A stretch of DNA of 64,000 nt from Eledone cirrhosa (GCA_964016885.1 OZ024740.1:50964001-51028000), one strand, 5' to 3'. Positions 50,561 through 63,497 are shown, counted from the stretch's first letter. Notes: generated by a model from the sequence alone, not told the origin. Numbers and translations are program-made.

Positions 50561-51876
50561 ATATCCAGTAGTTGTTGTCATTCATAAACCAATAATAGTA
50601 CAGGCTGAGAGGATTGGGAAATCTCATCTGAAGCAAACTAAAAGAATAGCTACTTGTTAACTTTACTAGTTAATTTAACTCTTAACATCCTGTAATGAGT
50701 TAGAATAAAATGTCTAAAAATTGAGTCTGTTAATTTAAATGTTTATAATATCTTTACTATTTTGAAAATTTACAGTATTAGAGTACATACTTTAAGTTTT
50801 AATGTGATGCAATCATACAGCTCTTTTGTACATTTCAAGAATATCTTTCCAATGTGGATTCATGTGGTACAGGACATTAAGATTTAATAGTAATCAGTTT
50901 TCACTGCTATCGTTGTTTGAAACAGTGAATTACATCACCAGTATTATTTATTTCTACCTAGACAGTAGGATTTAAGTATCTTAGTCATAAATAAAAGGAC
51001 AGTACCAATGACTTGGTATGATTTATAGATACCCATTGTCAAACAGGCCAATCCATCAAGTTTTTGTTATCACACATTGTAGGAATAGAGTTAAAGTATA
51101 AAGGTGTGGTTTTGTACTCAGACTAGTGGGTGAACTTCTGTGTAGTTACTGAATATAGAAACTATTCACTCATACAAATACTCTATGTACAAGTCAATAA
51201 GATTGTAGTTGCTCAATCTGCTAGAAATGAAAGCTAAACAATTCACAAATTACATCATACCATCTAAAAATAAAGGAAGGACATGTCAGATAATATATAC
51301 CTAGATACATGAAATCTGAATATAAGGTCTTTCCAAAGCAGGAATAACATGTTTTATATTGTAAATCTTAATACAGAGCAAGAATGAGGATTGCATGATG
51401 AAGTTGAAACCAAATTGACATAACAGATATATTTAACGATGTACTAAAGCTTAACAAGCTGCTCTTAATATTTTCATTACCATATTTCTAATGAAAAAAG
51501 ACACTGCCTAAGATTTTCAAATCGTTTTGAAAATAATCGTGAATTTTGATGGATTTAGTAACGAACTAACTCCTTCACTATTAAGACTATTAAGTTGGTG
51601 TTTGGAATATAACTTAACAAAAGTTCTTACATAATATTATGATAGAAAGGATTTAGATAAATATATACACTTTAAACAGCTTTGTATTAGATAACCAGGA
51701 GTTATTTCATGAGATTTGGTATCAAAATGTTGATCATTTGAAGAGTCATATTTCTGATATAGATTGTAGTAGTTCTGCCATCTCTTCTGCATGAATGATG
51801 ATAATAAGCAATTATAAACAGACCCTTCACATATACACTGGAACTATAATTCATAAGGAAAAAAATCTTAGTTTAC

Positions 51877-51973
51877 CTATATACAGGTACAGCTACCATA
51901 TCAGGGGCTGGTGGTTGAGCATGACGCCGTGCATGAGTTTCACAGTACAATTTTGAATCAATAACGAAATATC
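51877..51973 (-). CDS. PDLIM: PDZ-LIM protein exon (end of LIM domain: GYFVIDSKLYCETHARRHAQPPAPDMVAVPVYR)
   Basis: ttccag acceptor; phase matches the upstream exon (G|GA). Ends AG|GTAAAC, where read-through gives AGG TAA. LYCETHAR is typical of PDLIM1-4/Zasp. Confidence 0.92.
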
Positions 51974-52644
51974 CTGGAAAGAGTAAAAGAAAAGATATAT
52001 GAATACTTGACTGTGTATATTGATGTATGTACATATACATGTACAGATATATACATATATCATCACACACACACACACACATATATATATATAATACACT
52101 AACATAGTATCCATAAAAAATGATGGAGGTTATAGGAAAAATATTTTATTTAATAATACCCTGGTCATTGATTACTATATAATAAGTGGAAATTTCCAAG
52201 TTTTCTTTGAACTTCATAAACTTCAATCTGCTTTCTTCTTCTTGGCAGCAGCAGCAGTAGTCAAAGGGTCAAGTTCATTGTCATCGTGGTAGTAGTAGTA
52301 GCAAGAATTCTTTTGTTTTTTGTTTTTATTTTTGGAAGGGAGAAAACCATAAGAACTATTTTGGGGTTATTTTTGTCTTTCTTCATAACATTACAACTTC
52401 CTGGAAACGATTGACCATCACATAGTGGTTGTTCCATGATCATGTGCTTTATTATAGTCTATATGTAATAAGATCAACTGTCAAGATACCATTGATTAAA
52501 AATTGTTTCAGGTGTTACATCATAGTTACATAAAACCCTCTTCAAGCCTTCCTGCAAATCCTGAAAGAACCTTCTATTGCACTAGAAAATTCAAGTTATC
52601 AGAAAAGATTGGTGTATTTTGAATAATCAAGATAATTATAATAA

Positions 52645-52832
52645 TAATTGTTTCTACTTTAGGCACAAGGCCAGCAATTACCAGTGCATTACTGGTACTT
52701 TATTTTATCGACCCCGTAAGGAGGAAAGGCAAAGTCAACCTCGGCGGGATTTGAACTCAGATGGTAAAGGGACGTAACTATGCTGGAAAGCATGGCGTCC
52801 GACCCTCTACCGATACTGCCAATCCACCGCCT
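52645..52832 (-). mobile_element. SINE family S1 (full length)
   Basis: ggcggtggattggcagtatcgg... through to the aacaattat tail. Confidence 0.85.
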
Positions 52833-53815
52833 AATAATTATAATAATAATAATGAAATTATTGTGTACAGTGCTCAGGTGCATTACAACTCATCAAAGGT
52901 GCATGTAAAGTACATAGAATAATGTTCAAATGTCAGGAAAGTGAATAGTGTATGAGTCATGAAATACATGTGTGAGTGTGTATGGAGGGGGAATATCAGG
53001 TGTAGTGTTGGCGAATCTCAGGAAGCATGGAGGTTTTAAAGGATGCAGTGTCTCGATAGTTAACAACTGATGCAGGGAGTTTGTTCCATGCTTCAGCAAC
53101 TCTGAGCATGAAAAAATGTTTCCGAAAGTCATGGGAGCTGTGCTGTTTGTTGGCATGCCCACGTGTGTTAGATACATGGAAATCAAAAAGGTACTCAGGG
53201 TTGTTATTGGCAAGATGGTTAATAATTCTGTGGGTGTTTACCAAGTCAGTTGCCAGACGTTGGAGTTTCAATGAATCCATGCCCAGGGAAGCAAGGCATT
53301 CAGAGAATGGTAGATGCCTGATGGAGGGTATGCGCTTGGTTGCACGTCTCTGAATAGTTTCCAGGAGGTCAATGTTCTGAGCAAGATAGGGGGTTCCAGA
53401 CTGGTGATGCAAATTCCAAGTGTGGTCGTACCTTAGCTGTATACAGCTTTAAATAGACGGCTGGAGAGCGGCTAACAAAGGTCTTGCTGAGTGATGCCAA
53501 GACACCTTCAGCCTTCTTGGCAATTTTAGAGACGTGTTTCGTCCAACGCAAATTGCTGCTGAGAGTAATGCCCAGGTCACGTTCACAAGAAGACTTCTTG
53601 ATATTAATGTTGTGGGGGGAATATGTGGACGCTGGGTTTTTACTCCCAAAATGCATGGTGGTACACTTGTCCACAGCCAACTTGAGTTGCCAGTCCGTGA
53701 TCCATTGTTGCATTGTGTCCAGGTCAGATTGCAGGGAAGATCTATAGTGTTCAGGATCTGTCCTTTTTATCTCAAGGTACAGCTTGATGTCATCTGCATA
53801 TTTCAGTACTGTGGC
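52833..53815 (-). mobile_element. CR1-clade LINE 3' part, interrupted by an RTE; remnant at 55345-55363
   Basis: Highly similar to 18311-19295; KYADDIKLY. Confidence 0.9.
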
Positions 53816-55344
53816 TTAGCCCCCTACTATTTATTATTGCCCTTCAGGCTATAACAGAGGAGTTCAAGACCGGCTGCCCATGGGAACTCCTATACGCAGA
53901 TGATCTAACGCTCATAGCTGAATCAATGACCGAACTAGAGAAGAAATTCCAAACATGGAAGCACGGCCTAGAATCAAAAGGCCTTAAAATTAACCTGGCT
54001 AAGACTAAAGTTCTAGTTTGTAGGAAAGAAAATAAGGCGGCGGTCCCATCTGGGAAATGGCCATGCTCAGTGTGTAGGAAAGGCGTAGGTAGAAACTCCA
54101 TTTTATGTCCCAAATGCAAAGTATGGGTGCATAAAAGATGTAGTGGGATCACAGGTAAGCTAACTAAGAACATAGATTTTACATGTGGCCGGTGCTCTGG
54201 TGCAATAAGTAGCAGCAAGTGCCCACAAAATACTAGCTCCTTCAACTGCGCAGAGGGTTCTATAGAAATAGTGGAAGCTTCCGTTATCTGGGTGACAAAA
54301 TCAGCAGTGGGGGAGGGTGCTCTGAAAGTACAGTAGCTAGAGTCAGAACTGGATGGAAAAAGTTCAGAGAGCTTATACCACTATTAGCCGCTAGAGGGTT
54401 CTCCCTAAAAATGAAAGGCAGGTTATACGATGCCTGCATACGAACAGCAATGCTGCATGGCAGTGAGACCTGGGCATTGTGTGCAGAGGATATACGCAGA
54501 CTAGAGAGGAACGAAGCTTGCATGCTCCGCTGGATGTGCAATAGTAATATACGTGAACGGCAAAGCATAAACGAACTAAGGAAAAAATTAGAAATAAGAG
54601 GGATCAGATGTTGTTTACTCGAGAGAAGGCTACGTTGGTACGGTCACGTGATGCGCATGAAAGACGACAGCTGTATAACAAAGTGCAGGGCAATAAAGAT
54701 AGACGGTAGCCACGGAGTAGGCAGACCCAGAAAAACATGGGACGAGCTGATAAATTCCGACCTCACACGCTTACACCTCTCCAAGACAATGTCACTGGAC
54801 CGAGACCTTTGGCGGTACTCAGTAATAGAGAAGACCCGCCTTACCTAAATACAAAGTAAAAACCTACTACAGTCAGTAGGCATCTCTATCAAAACACACC
54901 CCCGTCCCTCCACCCCACCCACACCGCCCCTTTCAATGTAAAGTTATGTTGGTCCCACAACATCCAGGCCGAAACAAATGAGATCGTGTAGGTGTCACGA
55001 CAAAAAACACACAGTCCACGCTGTAAATGTGGCCGTGTAGGCAACACGGTAAAAACCTCCCAGCCCCACACTGTAAATGTGGTTGGTGTTAGGAAGGGCA
55101 TCCAGCTGTAGAAAACCCGCCAGACAGTCCACGCTGTAATGTGGCCGTGTAGGCAACACGGTAAAAACCTCCCAGCCCCACACTGTAAATGTGGTTGGTG
55201 TTAGGAAGGGCATCCAACTGTAGAAAACCCGCCAGACAGTCCTATGCGAGCAAGACAACCACTCTTGCCTCAAGTGGGAAAACCCCCGTCCAAACCCATG
55301 CAAGCGTAGAACACGGACGCTAAACCTGATGATGATGATGATGA
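53816..55344 (+). mobile_element. Young 5'-truncated PHD-RTE copy with TSD tgtggc
   Basis: Nearly identical to 26538-27970; 1-nt frameshift near 54276; about 112-bp duplication in the 3'UTR. Confidence 0.93.
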
Positions 55345-55602
55345 TGTGGCATTCTTTAAGTTGATAAATTTTGTTACCATGCTGGCATTTAGCCCTAAAG
55401 CACTGAAGAATTGGAGTTGTTATCAAAGAGCAATGTTTTTCTCATGTGCATTATTACTACTTTGTCATTGCTATCTATATTATCATATAATTAGTCAAAA
55501 CCTGAATTTTACAAAGTAACAATTTGAAGATAGAAGATTAGAGGTCCACCGTGTCAAACTGTGTAAATTGGCATCAATACTGCGTGTGTATGCATTTGTG
55601 TA

Positions 55603-55911
55603 TCATCATCATCATTATCATCATCATTTTACATCCGCTTTTCCCTGCTTGCAAGGGTGGGACGGGAACTGATTCTGGCTTGATTTCTACAGCTGGATGC
55701 CCTTCCTAACACCAACCTCATTTACATATATATATATATATATATCATCATCATCATCACCGTTTTACGTCCGTTCTTCCACGCTAGCATGGGTTAGACG
55801 GGTTGTCCTGTTGTGGGCAGTGTCTGGTCGGCTGACCATGCCTTGCTCATACAGGAACTGATTTTGGCTTGATTTCTACAGCTGGATGCCCTTCCTAACA
55901 CCAACCTCATT

Positions 55912-55948
<37 letters not shown>

Positions 55949-56537
55949 TCATCATCATCACCGTTTTACGTCCGTTCTTCCACGCTAGCATGGGTTAGAC
56001 GGGTTGTTCTGTTGTGGGCAGTGTCTGGTCGGCTGACCATGTCTTGCTCATACAGGAACTGATTTTGGCTTGATTTCTACAGCTGAATGCCCTTCCTAAC
56101 ACCAACCTCATTTACAGTGAGTGCTGGGTGCTTTTTCGTGGCGCCTACACGTCCAGTTTACAGTGTGGGCTAGGTGCTTTTTTGCCGTGGCACCTCCACG
56201 ACCACCTTGCAGTGGGAGGGTGTGGGGGCATATTGTCTATATGCTTCAGCTTGTACCCATGGGAGGTCGGGTACTCTGTATTACTGCGTGACGCCAGAGG
56301 TCACGGTCGTGTGTCATCGCCTTTGGGAGGTGTAATTGGGTAAGGTCGGCTTTTATCACCTCATCCCAGGTCTTCTTGGGTCTCCCCACTCCGCGGTTTC
56401 CATTGACTTCTAGTGCTCTGCACCTTTTTATGCAGCTGTCATCCTTCATGCGCATCACATGTCCATACCAACACAACCGCCTCTCCTGCACACAGCATTT
56501 GATTCCTCTTATGCTCAGTCTCTCTCTCAATTCATTT
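55603..56537 (-). mobile_element. Stacked 3' ends of S2 SINE / RTE subfamily B
   Basis: Tails at about 55603-55725, 55746-55915 and 55946-56537; the last encodes [24 protein letters not shown]...GRPKKTWDE. Confidence 0.85.
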
Positions 56538-56975
56538 ATGACCTGGGATGAGGTGATAAAAGCTGACCTTACCCAATTACACCTCTCAAAGGCGATGACA
56601 CACGACCGTGACCTCTGGCGTCACGCAGTAATACAGAGTACCCGACCTTCCATGGGTACAAGCTGAAGCATATAGACAATATGCCCCCACACCCTCCCAC
56701 TGCAAGGTGGTTGTGGAGGTGCCACGGCAAAAAAGCACCCAACCCACTCTGTAAAGTGGACGTGTAGGCGCCACGAAAAAGCACCCAGCACTCACTGTAA
56801 ATGAGGTTGGTGTTAGGAAGGGCATCCAGCTGTAGAAATCAAGCCAAATCAGTTCCTGTATGAGCAAGGCATGGTCAGCCGACCAGACACTGCCTACAAC
56901 AGGACAACCCGTCTAACCCATGCTAGTGTGGAAGAACGGATATAAAACGGTGATGATGATGATGATGATGATGAT
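56538..56975 (+). mobile_element. RTE subfamily B 3' end, inverted relative to 55946-56372
   Basis: TWDEVIKADLTQLHLSKAMTHDRDLWRHAV, then 3'UTR and (GAT)n. Confidence 0.88.
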
Positions 56976-57108
56976 ATATATATATATATATATATAAAGG
57001 TTTACATATATATATATATATATAAAGTCATAAATATATATGTTTTGCAACATGTCACTTTGTGGCTCAATAAAGAATTAATAAATTAAATAATCAGAGC
57101 TATATATC

Positions 57109-57361
57109 TATCATAAAACATGTCTATAGAATCGCCAGATAAAATATATATCTGGTCGATTTATACATGCTGTAGAAATATTCGATAAATAATCCGTCGT
57201 AACCGCCGCGAAGGGGCTGCTTTCGGTTATTTGTCGGAGATTTCTCCATAGGAGCCTTTATTCTTATAGCTTGGTCTAATTGATTTTTTATATGGTTAAT
57301 TATACTAATTGGGAGAGGAAACGGTATATATTTTATTTGGAGATTCTATAGACATGTTTTA

Positions 57362-57366
<5 letters not shown>
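57109..57366. mobile_element. MITE-like element with about 42-bp TIRs in TA-rich context
   Basis: tatcataaaacatgtctatagaatcgccagataaaatatata and its inverse (2 mismatches). Confidence 0.75.
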
Positions 57367-57402
<36 letters not shown>

Positions 57403-57751
57403 CATACAAATGGAAGTACAGCATATTCGAAGCCATAGCCTCAGCCAAGCCAACGAATGCTTTCAGCAGTGCAGCCAAGCACTCGACAAGGTGTAGGACC
57501 TCAGAGTAACAACATACAGTTTAAAGGGCTTTGTAAAATGAAGACAGCGACCGGTAATTCAGCCGGGGTCCGTAGCAATGAAAGAACTGACTCGTGAGAC
57601 AAAAATTCATACACATATACATACATATACATATACATATAAATATATATATATACACATCTAAAAAAATAAAAAAAGCTAATAAAATAATTATTAAATG
57701 AAAATTTAAAACAAACATAGCATCCATATAGTTATAAAGATTTCAGCTTAC

Positions 57752-57837
57752 CCTTTTGTTTAAGTCCAACATTACATGTAGTACATTTGAAGCACCCTGG
57801 ATGATAAGGTACATCTTTAGCTTTGACAAACACACCA
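57752..57837 (-). CDS. PDLIM: PDZ-LIM protein exon (GVFVKAKDVPYHPGCFKCTTCNVGLKQK)
   Basis: Poly-T + TAG acceptor and GTAAGC donor; phases join both neighbours; carries the HxxCxxCxxC core of the LIM domain. Confidence 0.93.
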
Positions 57838-57942
57838 CTAAAAAAAAGTGAAGTTAGATATTTGTCAACATATTTGATGAAAGTATATTTTCGATTGTTG
57901 ATATTTCACTCATTGTCAATGTATTATTTCAACAAAAAAACA

Positions 57943-58165
57943 GGGCAGTGGATTGGCAGTATCGGTTTAGCGTAGGACAACATGCTTCGCGGCATAGAGT
58001 TACGGCCCTCTACGTTCTCTGTTCGAATCCCGCCGAGGTTAACTTTGCCTTTCATCCTTATGGAGTCGATAAAATAAAGTACCAGTCACGAACTGGGGTC
58101 GATTTAATTGACTTTCCCCTCCCGCAAAATTGCTGGCTTTGTGACTATATAAGAAACCATTATTT
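57943..58165 (+). mobile_element. SINE family S1
   Basis: gggcagtggattggcagtatcgg...gcctttcatccttatggagtcgataaaataaagtaccag. Confidence 0.8.
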
Positions 58166-58629
58166 CAACAAAATAGAGTACACAAGCCAGACATGGCCAC
58201 CTGACCTGTCTAGCTGCACTATGTGACAGCCTGTCTAATGTATGTAAGCATGGAAAGTAAATGTTAAACAGTGATAATGCTGATGATGTTCACATATTGA
58301 GAGGAGGGAATATCATCATCATGTTTACGTTTAATTTTTTCCATGCTGGCATGGATTGGATGAGAATTTCTTTGAAGCGAGATTTCTTTCCTGATGCCAA
58401 TCTACATGTTTTTTTCAGAGATTGTATGTACTGTTGCTCTTCATTGAAATGCTAAGCCATGAGGCATTGTTTATGCAGAATAAAAGTAAATGATGCCATA
58501 GTTGAAAGATGATATAGAAAAAAATATTTATCAGGAATAACGTATAAGTAAATCCAAAGACAGTCTTATGTGATGCAACGCAACTAACAGCTAATAGTAA
58601 TAATGGATTCAAACATAGGTTCAAGGATA

Positions 58630-59000
58630 TCAATTTTGTGGGAAGGGAAAGTTGATTATTTCAACCCTAGTTCTTTTCTGGTACTTTATTTTACTGACCA
58701 AGGATGGATAAAAGACAAAGTTGATCTCAGCAAGATTTGATCTCAGAACATGGTAACAAATAGTGGTAACAAATAGTGCAAAACATTTGTCTGATGCTCT
58801 AATTACTCTGCCAATCCAGTCATTATAGATAATAGTAATAATTGTTTCTACTTTTGGCACAAAGCCAGCAATTATCTCAGTGTATGACTGGTACTTTATT
58901 TTATCAACCCTGTAAGGATGGGCGGGATTTGAACTCAGGTCATAAAGGGCCATAACTCTATGCTGCAAAGCATGGCGTCTGACCCTCTACCAATACTGCC
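58630..59000 (-). mobile_element. Two S1-like SINE copies
   Basis: tggtactttatttt...ggatttgaactcag motifs occur twice. Confidence 0.7.
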
Positions 59001-59207
59001 ATATTTTGGCACTAGGCTGCAGAGTCAATCAACTCCTAGTACATCACTGATATTTCATTATTCCTCTATCTCTTTCACTTGGAGATATAAAAGTAGTAGG
59101 GTGGAATTTGTGTTTAAAAAGTAGAAGGATAAAATTTAATATTAGTAAGTCTAGTATTTCTCTACTTAGTCACTTGACTACACTACCTCTAAATGATGTC
59201 TCATATA

Positions 59208-59400
59208 GGCTTGGTTGTGTGGTCAAGTAGTTCGCTGCACAACCATATGTTTCTGGGTTTGATCCTATTGCGTGTCACCTTGGGTAGATGTCTTCTATCA
59301 TAGCCTCGAGTTGATCAATATCTTGTGAATGGAATTTGTTAGACAGATGAAATTGGGATAAGCACCGACCTAACGAGCCTTCTGTCTTAAGAAAGATTTT
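59208..59400 (+). mobile_element. tRNA SINE (family S3) ending in a single copy of the 42-bp array unit
   Basis: tggttgtgtggtcaagtagttcgc head, caccttgggtagatgtctt core, tail ggataagcaccgacctaacgagccttctgtcttaag. Confidence 0.65.
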
Positions 59401-59897
59401 AGACTTAGACTAGTTGTGAGTGGCAATTAACATCAGCAATGGAATGACCAATGGAAACATTGTTTCCTTAGTCCGATGATTTGACAACTGGTTCTTTTTC
59501 CTTCTCCTTCTCTGATTTTCAGGGAAGAGACATGTTGGATGTCTCTCAAGGTTGACGTTGGAATTTGTGCCCAGCACTGCAGCATTAGGAACCTGCATTA
59601 TATTGGCACTGGATAGATGAAAGGCAAAGTGATACCTAGTGGAATTTGAAATGAACATAAATAGTGTTAGCCATTTGAGACCAGTATGCCTTTTTTGTTA
59701 CTCCCTCCCCACAATTCAATTTACATTCAATAGCCATCATGTATGTTATGCATGTATGTTTAATTCTTTCACCAATATAAAAAAAATACCACCTCCCACT
59801 ACCAAAAAAAATCTATGTATGAGCATGTGTGTGTGTGTATGTGAGAGATCTCTTTTGGAGGAAAGATTTCTGATGCACTTTAGAAAAAGTTACTCAC

Positions 59898-60024
59898 GTA
59901 ACAAGCATATCACATCCTCCACAGCGCATATGTTGAATCAATTGTTGTTGTTTCTGAACAGCATCAAAATCAGTCTTTGGGGAACAGACTGAGCGGAAAC
60001 CAGAAGGCATATCTTTGGCAATAG
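59898..60024 (-). CDS. PDLIM: PDZ-LIM protein exon (IAKDMPSGFRSVCSPKTDFDAVQKQQQLIQHMRCGGCDMLV)
   Basis: ttcatttcag acceptor and GTGAGT donor. PSGFRSV resembles the ALP-subfamily SGFRSVKAP motif; CxxC starts the LIM domain. Upstream exons, including PDZ, were not found and probably lie beyond the window. Confidence 0.92.
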
Positions 60025-60261
60025 CTGAAATGAAAACAAGTGTAAAGCTGAAATATGGCCAAATAACAAATATAACAACTGAACATTTCATACAGAATAA
60101 TAAAGATTATGAGAAGTGTGTATGAGAAGTGTGGTGATTGTATGTGTGTTTGTATGCATGTGTATATAAAAAATACATGTATGTACACATGTATGTATAT
60201 ATATATATATATATATAATCATCATTTTTACGTCCGCTTTTCCATGCTTGCATATAATAAA

Positions 60262-60565
60262 AATAATAATTGTTTCTACTTTAGGCACAAGGCCAGCAAT
60301 TTGGTGGGAAGAGAAAGTCGATTAACTCAACTCCAGTGCATTACTGGTACTTTATTTAATAATAGTTTCTTATTTAGGCACAAGGTCAGCAATTTTGGGG
60401 GAGGGGAAAGTCCATTAAATCGACCCCAGTGCATGACTGGTACTTTATTTTATCAACCCCGTAAGGATGAAAGGTAAAGTTAACCCCGGTGGGATCATAA
60501 AGGGCCGTAACTCTATGCTGCAAAGCATGGCGTCCGACTCTCTATCGATACTGCCAATCCACTGC
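60262..60565 (-). mobile_element. SINE family S1 with duplicated tail
   Basis: Two aggcacaagg(c/t)cagcaatt tails. Confidence 0.75.
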
Positions 60566-60599
60566 TGGTACTTTATTTAATAATAATAATGATAATAAT

Positions 60600-60790
60600 A
60601 AAATAAAAAGCACGCAGAAAAATACATAGCCAAAACTCCAGGACTCACAAATACAAAAAAATAGCACTACTAGGCACCACACATATATTACAAAGAGTAC
60701 TCTCAATACAATACAACGCCACCAAAAACCATACTGCACATACTCAAAGCACACAGAGCTGTGCTCGGTAATGCAGTAGAATCCAGAAGC
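60600..60790 (+). mobile_element. RLE-type (R4/Dong-like) non-LTR element, extreme 3' end
   Basis: IQKIALLGTTHILQRVLSIQ, similar to the QK.VLLGTA.ILR.VL terminus; follows (TAA)n. Confidence 0.6.
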
Positions 60791-61029
60791 AAGATACAGG
60801 CCCATTTGAGAGGTCAATAGCTCTGCTGGAGTAGTGTTTCAGAGTGGGGCAACCCATTCAACCCTTATTTGAAGGAGAAAAAAATACAGGTGCTAAATTG
60901 TATACATACACACACACATATATATATATTGTCATAACAAAAAAGCACTCATTCCACGATGCAAAAAAGAAAACTCCTAGTACATGTGATGTAACTACCC
61001 ATCTAACCTATGTAGGCATGGAAAATATG

Positions 61030-61290
61030 GAGGCACATGGCTTAGTGGTTAGAGCATTGGCTTTGCAATCGAAAGGTTGTGAGTTCAGTTCTCAGACCGG
61101 GTGATATGTTGTTTCCTTGAGCAAGACACTTTATTTCACATTGCTCCAGTTTACTCAGCTGTAGAAATGAGATGATAGGACTGAGGTCCCTATCATTCCA
61201 CTGCAAAGTGGTCATGGAGGTGCCACGGCAAAAAAGCACCCAGCACTCACTGTAAATACACCCTTGCAAGCAGGGAAAAGCGGACGTAAA

Positions 61291-61322
<32 letters not shown>
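61030..61322 (+). mobile_element. SINE family S2 (internal deletion)
   Basis: Matches 28114-28445. Confidence 0.85.
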
Positions 61323-62047
61323 ATATACATATAAAATGGGAATGTATTTTTGTTAGTGTGCAATCATTTTTATGTGTATATGCATATCAACATGTATGTA
61401 TAGTTTTCTATATATGAATACATATATACTTACACCTTTATATGTGTATCTGTGTATGTGATTATATATGCATGTATGTATCATGGTGTTTGTGCACAAT
61501 ATATTCATATTGCATATTTCAATTTTTGTGTTTATTGCACAAGATTAGAAAATTTACATATCAAAATGTTAGCAGTAATCATTATTTATACATTTACATA
61601 CATAAACATACATGACTTCTACACTCACACACATAAATTTCTATAAAATATTTCCATCAAGAAAGTTTACAAATAAAGATTTATATTAAAATAATACTTG
61701 TTGCTTTACAAATATCTAGATTGGTGTTATGTTTTCATGTTGAATTTTCCTCAGGAGTGACTACTTTGTTTTTATCCTTTTAAATATCAATGAAATAAGT
61801 ACTGGTTATATATTAGGATTTATGTGTGTGCTCAATATCATTGAGTATGACTTCTTCACCTAATTTAGCCTACCTTTGTACCTTCTCAAAAGCAAGAATT
61901 ATTAGTATGCTAGTTTTTGATGATTTTTATTACACAAAAATGTAAATTATATTTTTAAATTCCAAATGAAAATGAAAACAGGTAGCTTTTAGATTTGTTA
62001 CATTTGTTCTATATATATATATAGAACAAATATACAGTTTACTATAT

Positions 62048-62267
62048 AGTTTACTCAGCTGTAGAAATGAGATGATAGGGACTGGGTTCCCTATCATTCC
62101 ACTGCAAAGTGGACGTGTAGGCGCCACAGCAAAAAAGCACCCAGCACTCACTGTAAATGAGGTTGGTGTTAGGAAGGGCATCCAGCTGTAGAAATCAAGC
62201 CAGAATCAGTTCCCGTCCCACCCTTGCAAGCAGGGAAAAGCGGACATATAATGAAATGATGATGAAA

Positions 62268-62270
<3 letters not shown>
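62048..62270 (+). mobile_element. 5'-truncated SINE S2
   Basis: Matches the S2 body and tail; followed by (TA)n(GA)n. Confidence 0.8.
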
Positions 62271-62352
<82 letters not shown>

Positions 62353-63497
62353 CAAAGAGATTGTCTTAAGAAGCACTGGGAACATTTGAGATGAATGTAT
62401 CACAATGCAAATGACCATAATAATATTAATAGTTAACCACTATAAATAATGGTTAAGGAAAGTAAACTTTTTTCATTTCCAGTGGCATTTTATTATTATT
62501 TATAAGGATTGACTATTATTATTATGGTCATTTGTATTGGGGTGCACACATTTAAAATTCTTCTCTCTCTATATATAAATTAATGTTAAGACAGATATTA
62601 TGGTTACATAATCGTATTTATTGCATAATACGTATTTCAGTCGCACCAGTGTGTCATAATCAGATGTTAACACAATTATGGGAAGAAATTTAGGTAAGTT
62701 GATATATTTGTATATTGCTTTATGCTTGATAAATAGTATAAAAAATATCAAAAATATATAGCACTTGATACAGAAATATAGAGTAATGAATTTGTATTTA
62801 TAAAACAATACAGGTTAACTTCTTGTGTAGTCTACCATTATTTTTAAGGTTTCAGTCTTGTTTATCTAAAAATGCTACAAAAAAACTATACTTTATAGAT
62901 ATAAACAGGGCCTAAAGACTAAGACTGCAAAACCAATGGTAGTCTGAACGATATATTATCTCATATTGCTTTATAATTACAAATATATATTTGCATATAT
63001 ACAGGGAACAACTTTTATTTGAGAGATGTTGGATTGAAAACATGATTGTGTTTTACTTTCATCTTTCTTGATTCTTTTTCTTATGAATGATTGATTTATG
63101 TCACTGAAACATATACCTTCCTAATGGCATATAGGTCTGCTGTCAAGATTCAAATCCCAGCAGAGCAAACATCAATCACATTGATCCTGTCAACTTTAAG
63201 AAGGCAGTAAAACAAGTCAATGTTGTCTAACTATAATGATGAGACTATAGGTATCTAGAAACATTGACAATACATTTAGGAATTTTACTGTTCAAAACAA
63301 ATTTTAAGAAAATCATATGAAAATATGAAAAGAAAAACAAATAGTTGTGTTGTCTATTCAATACACACACGTATATACGTGTGTGTGTATATATATACAC
63401 ACACACGCATATATATATGTATATGTATAGAGGTAGAACTCTAGGAGGTTATAGCCGCAATAGTAGAGCACTCAGTCCATGAGACGAGTTCGGTAGA

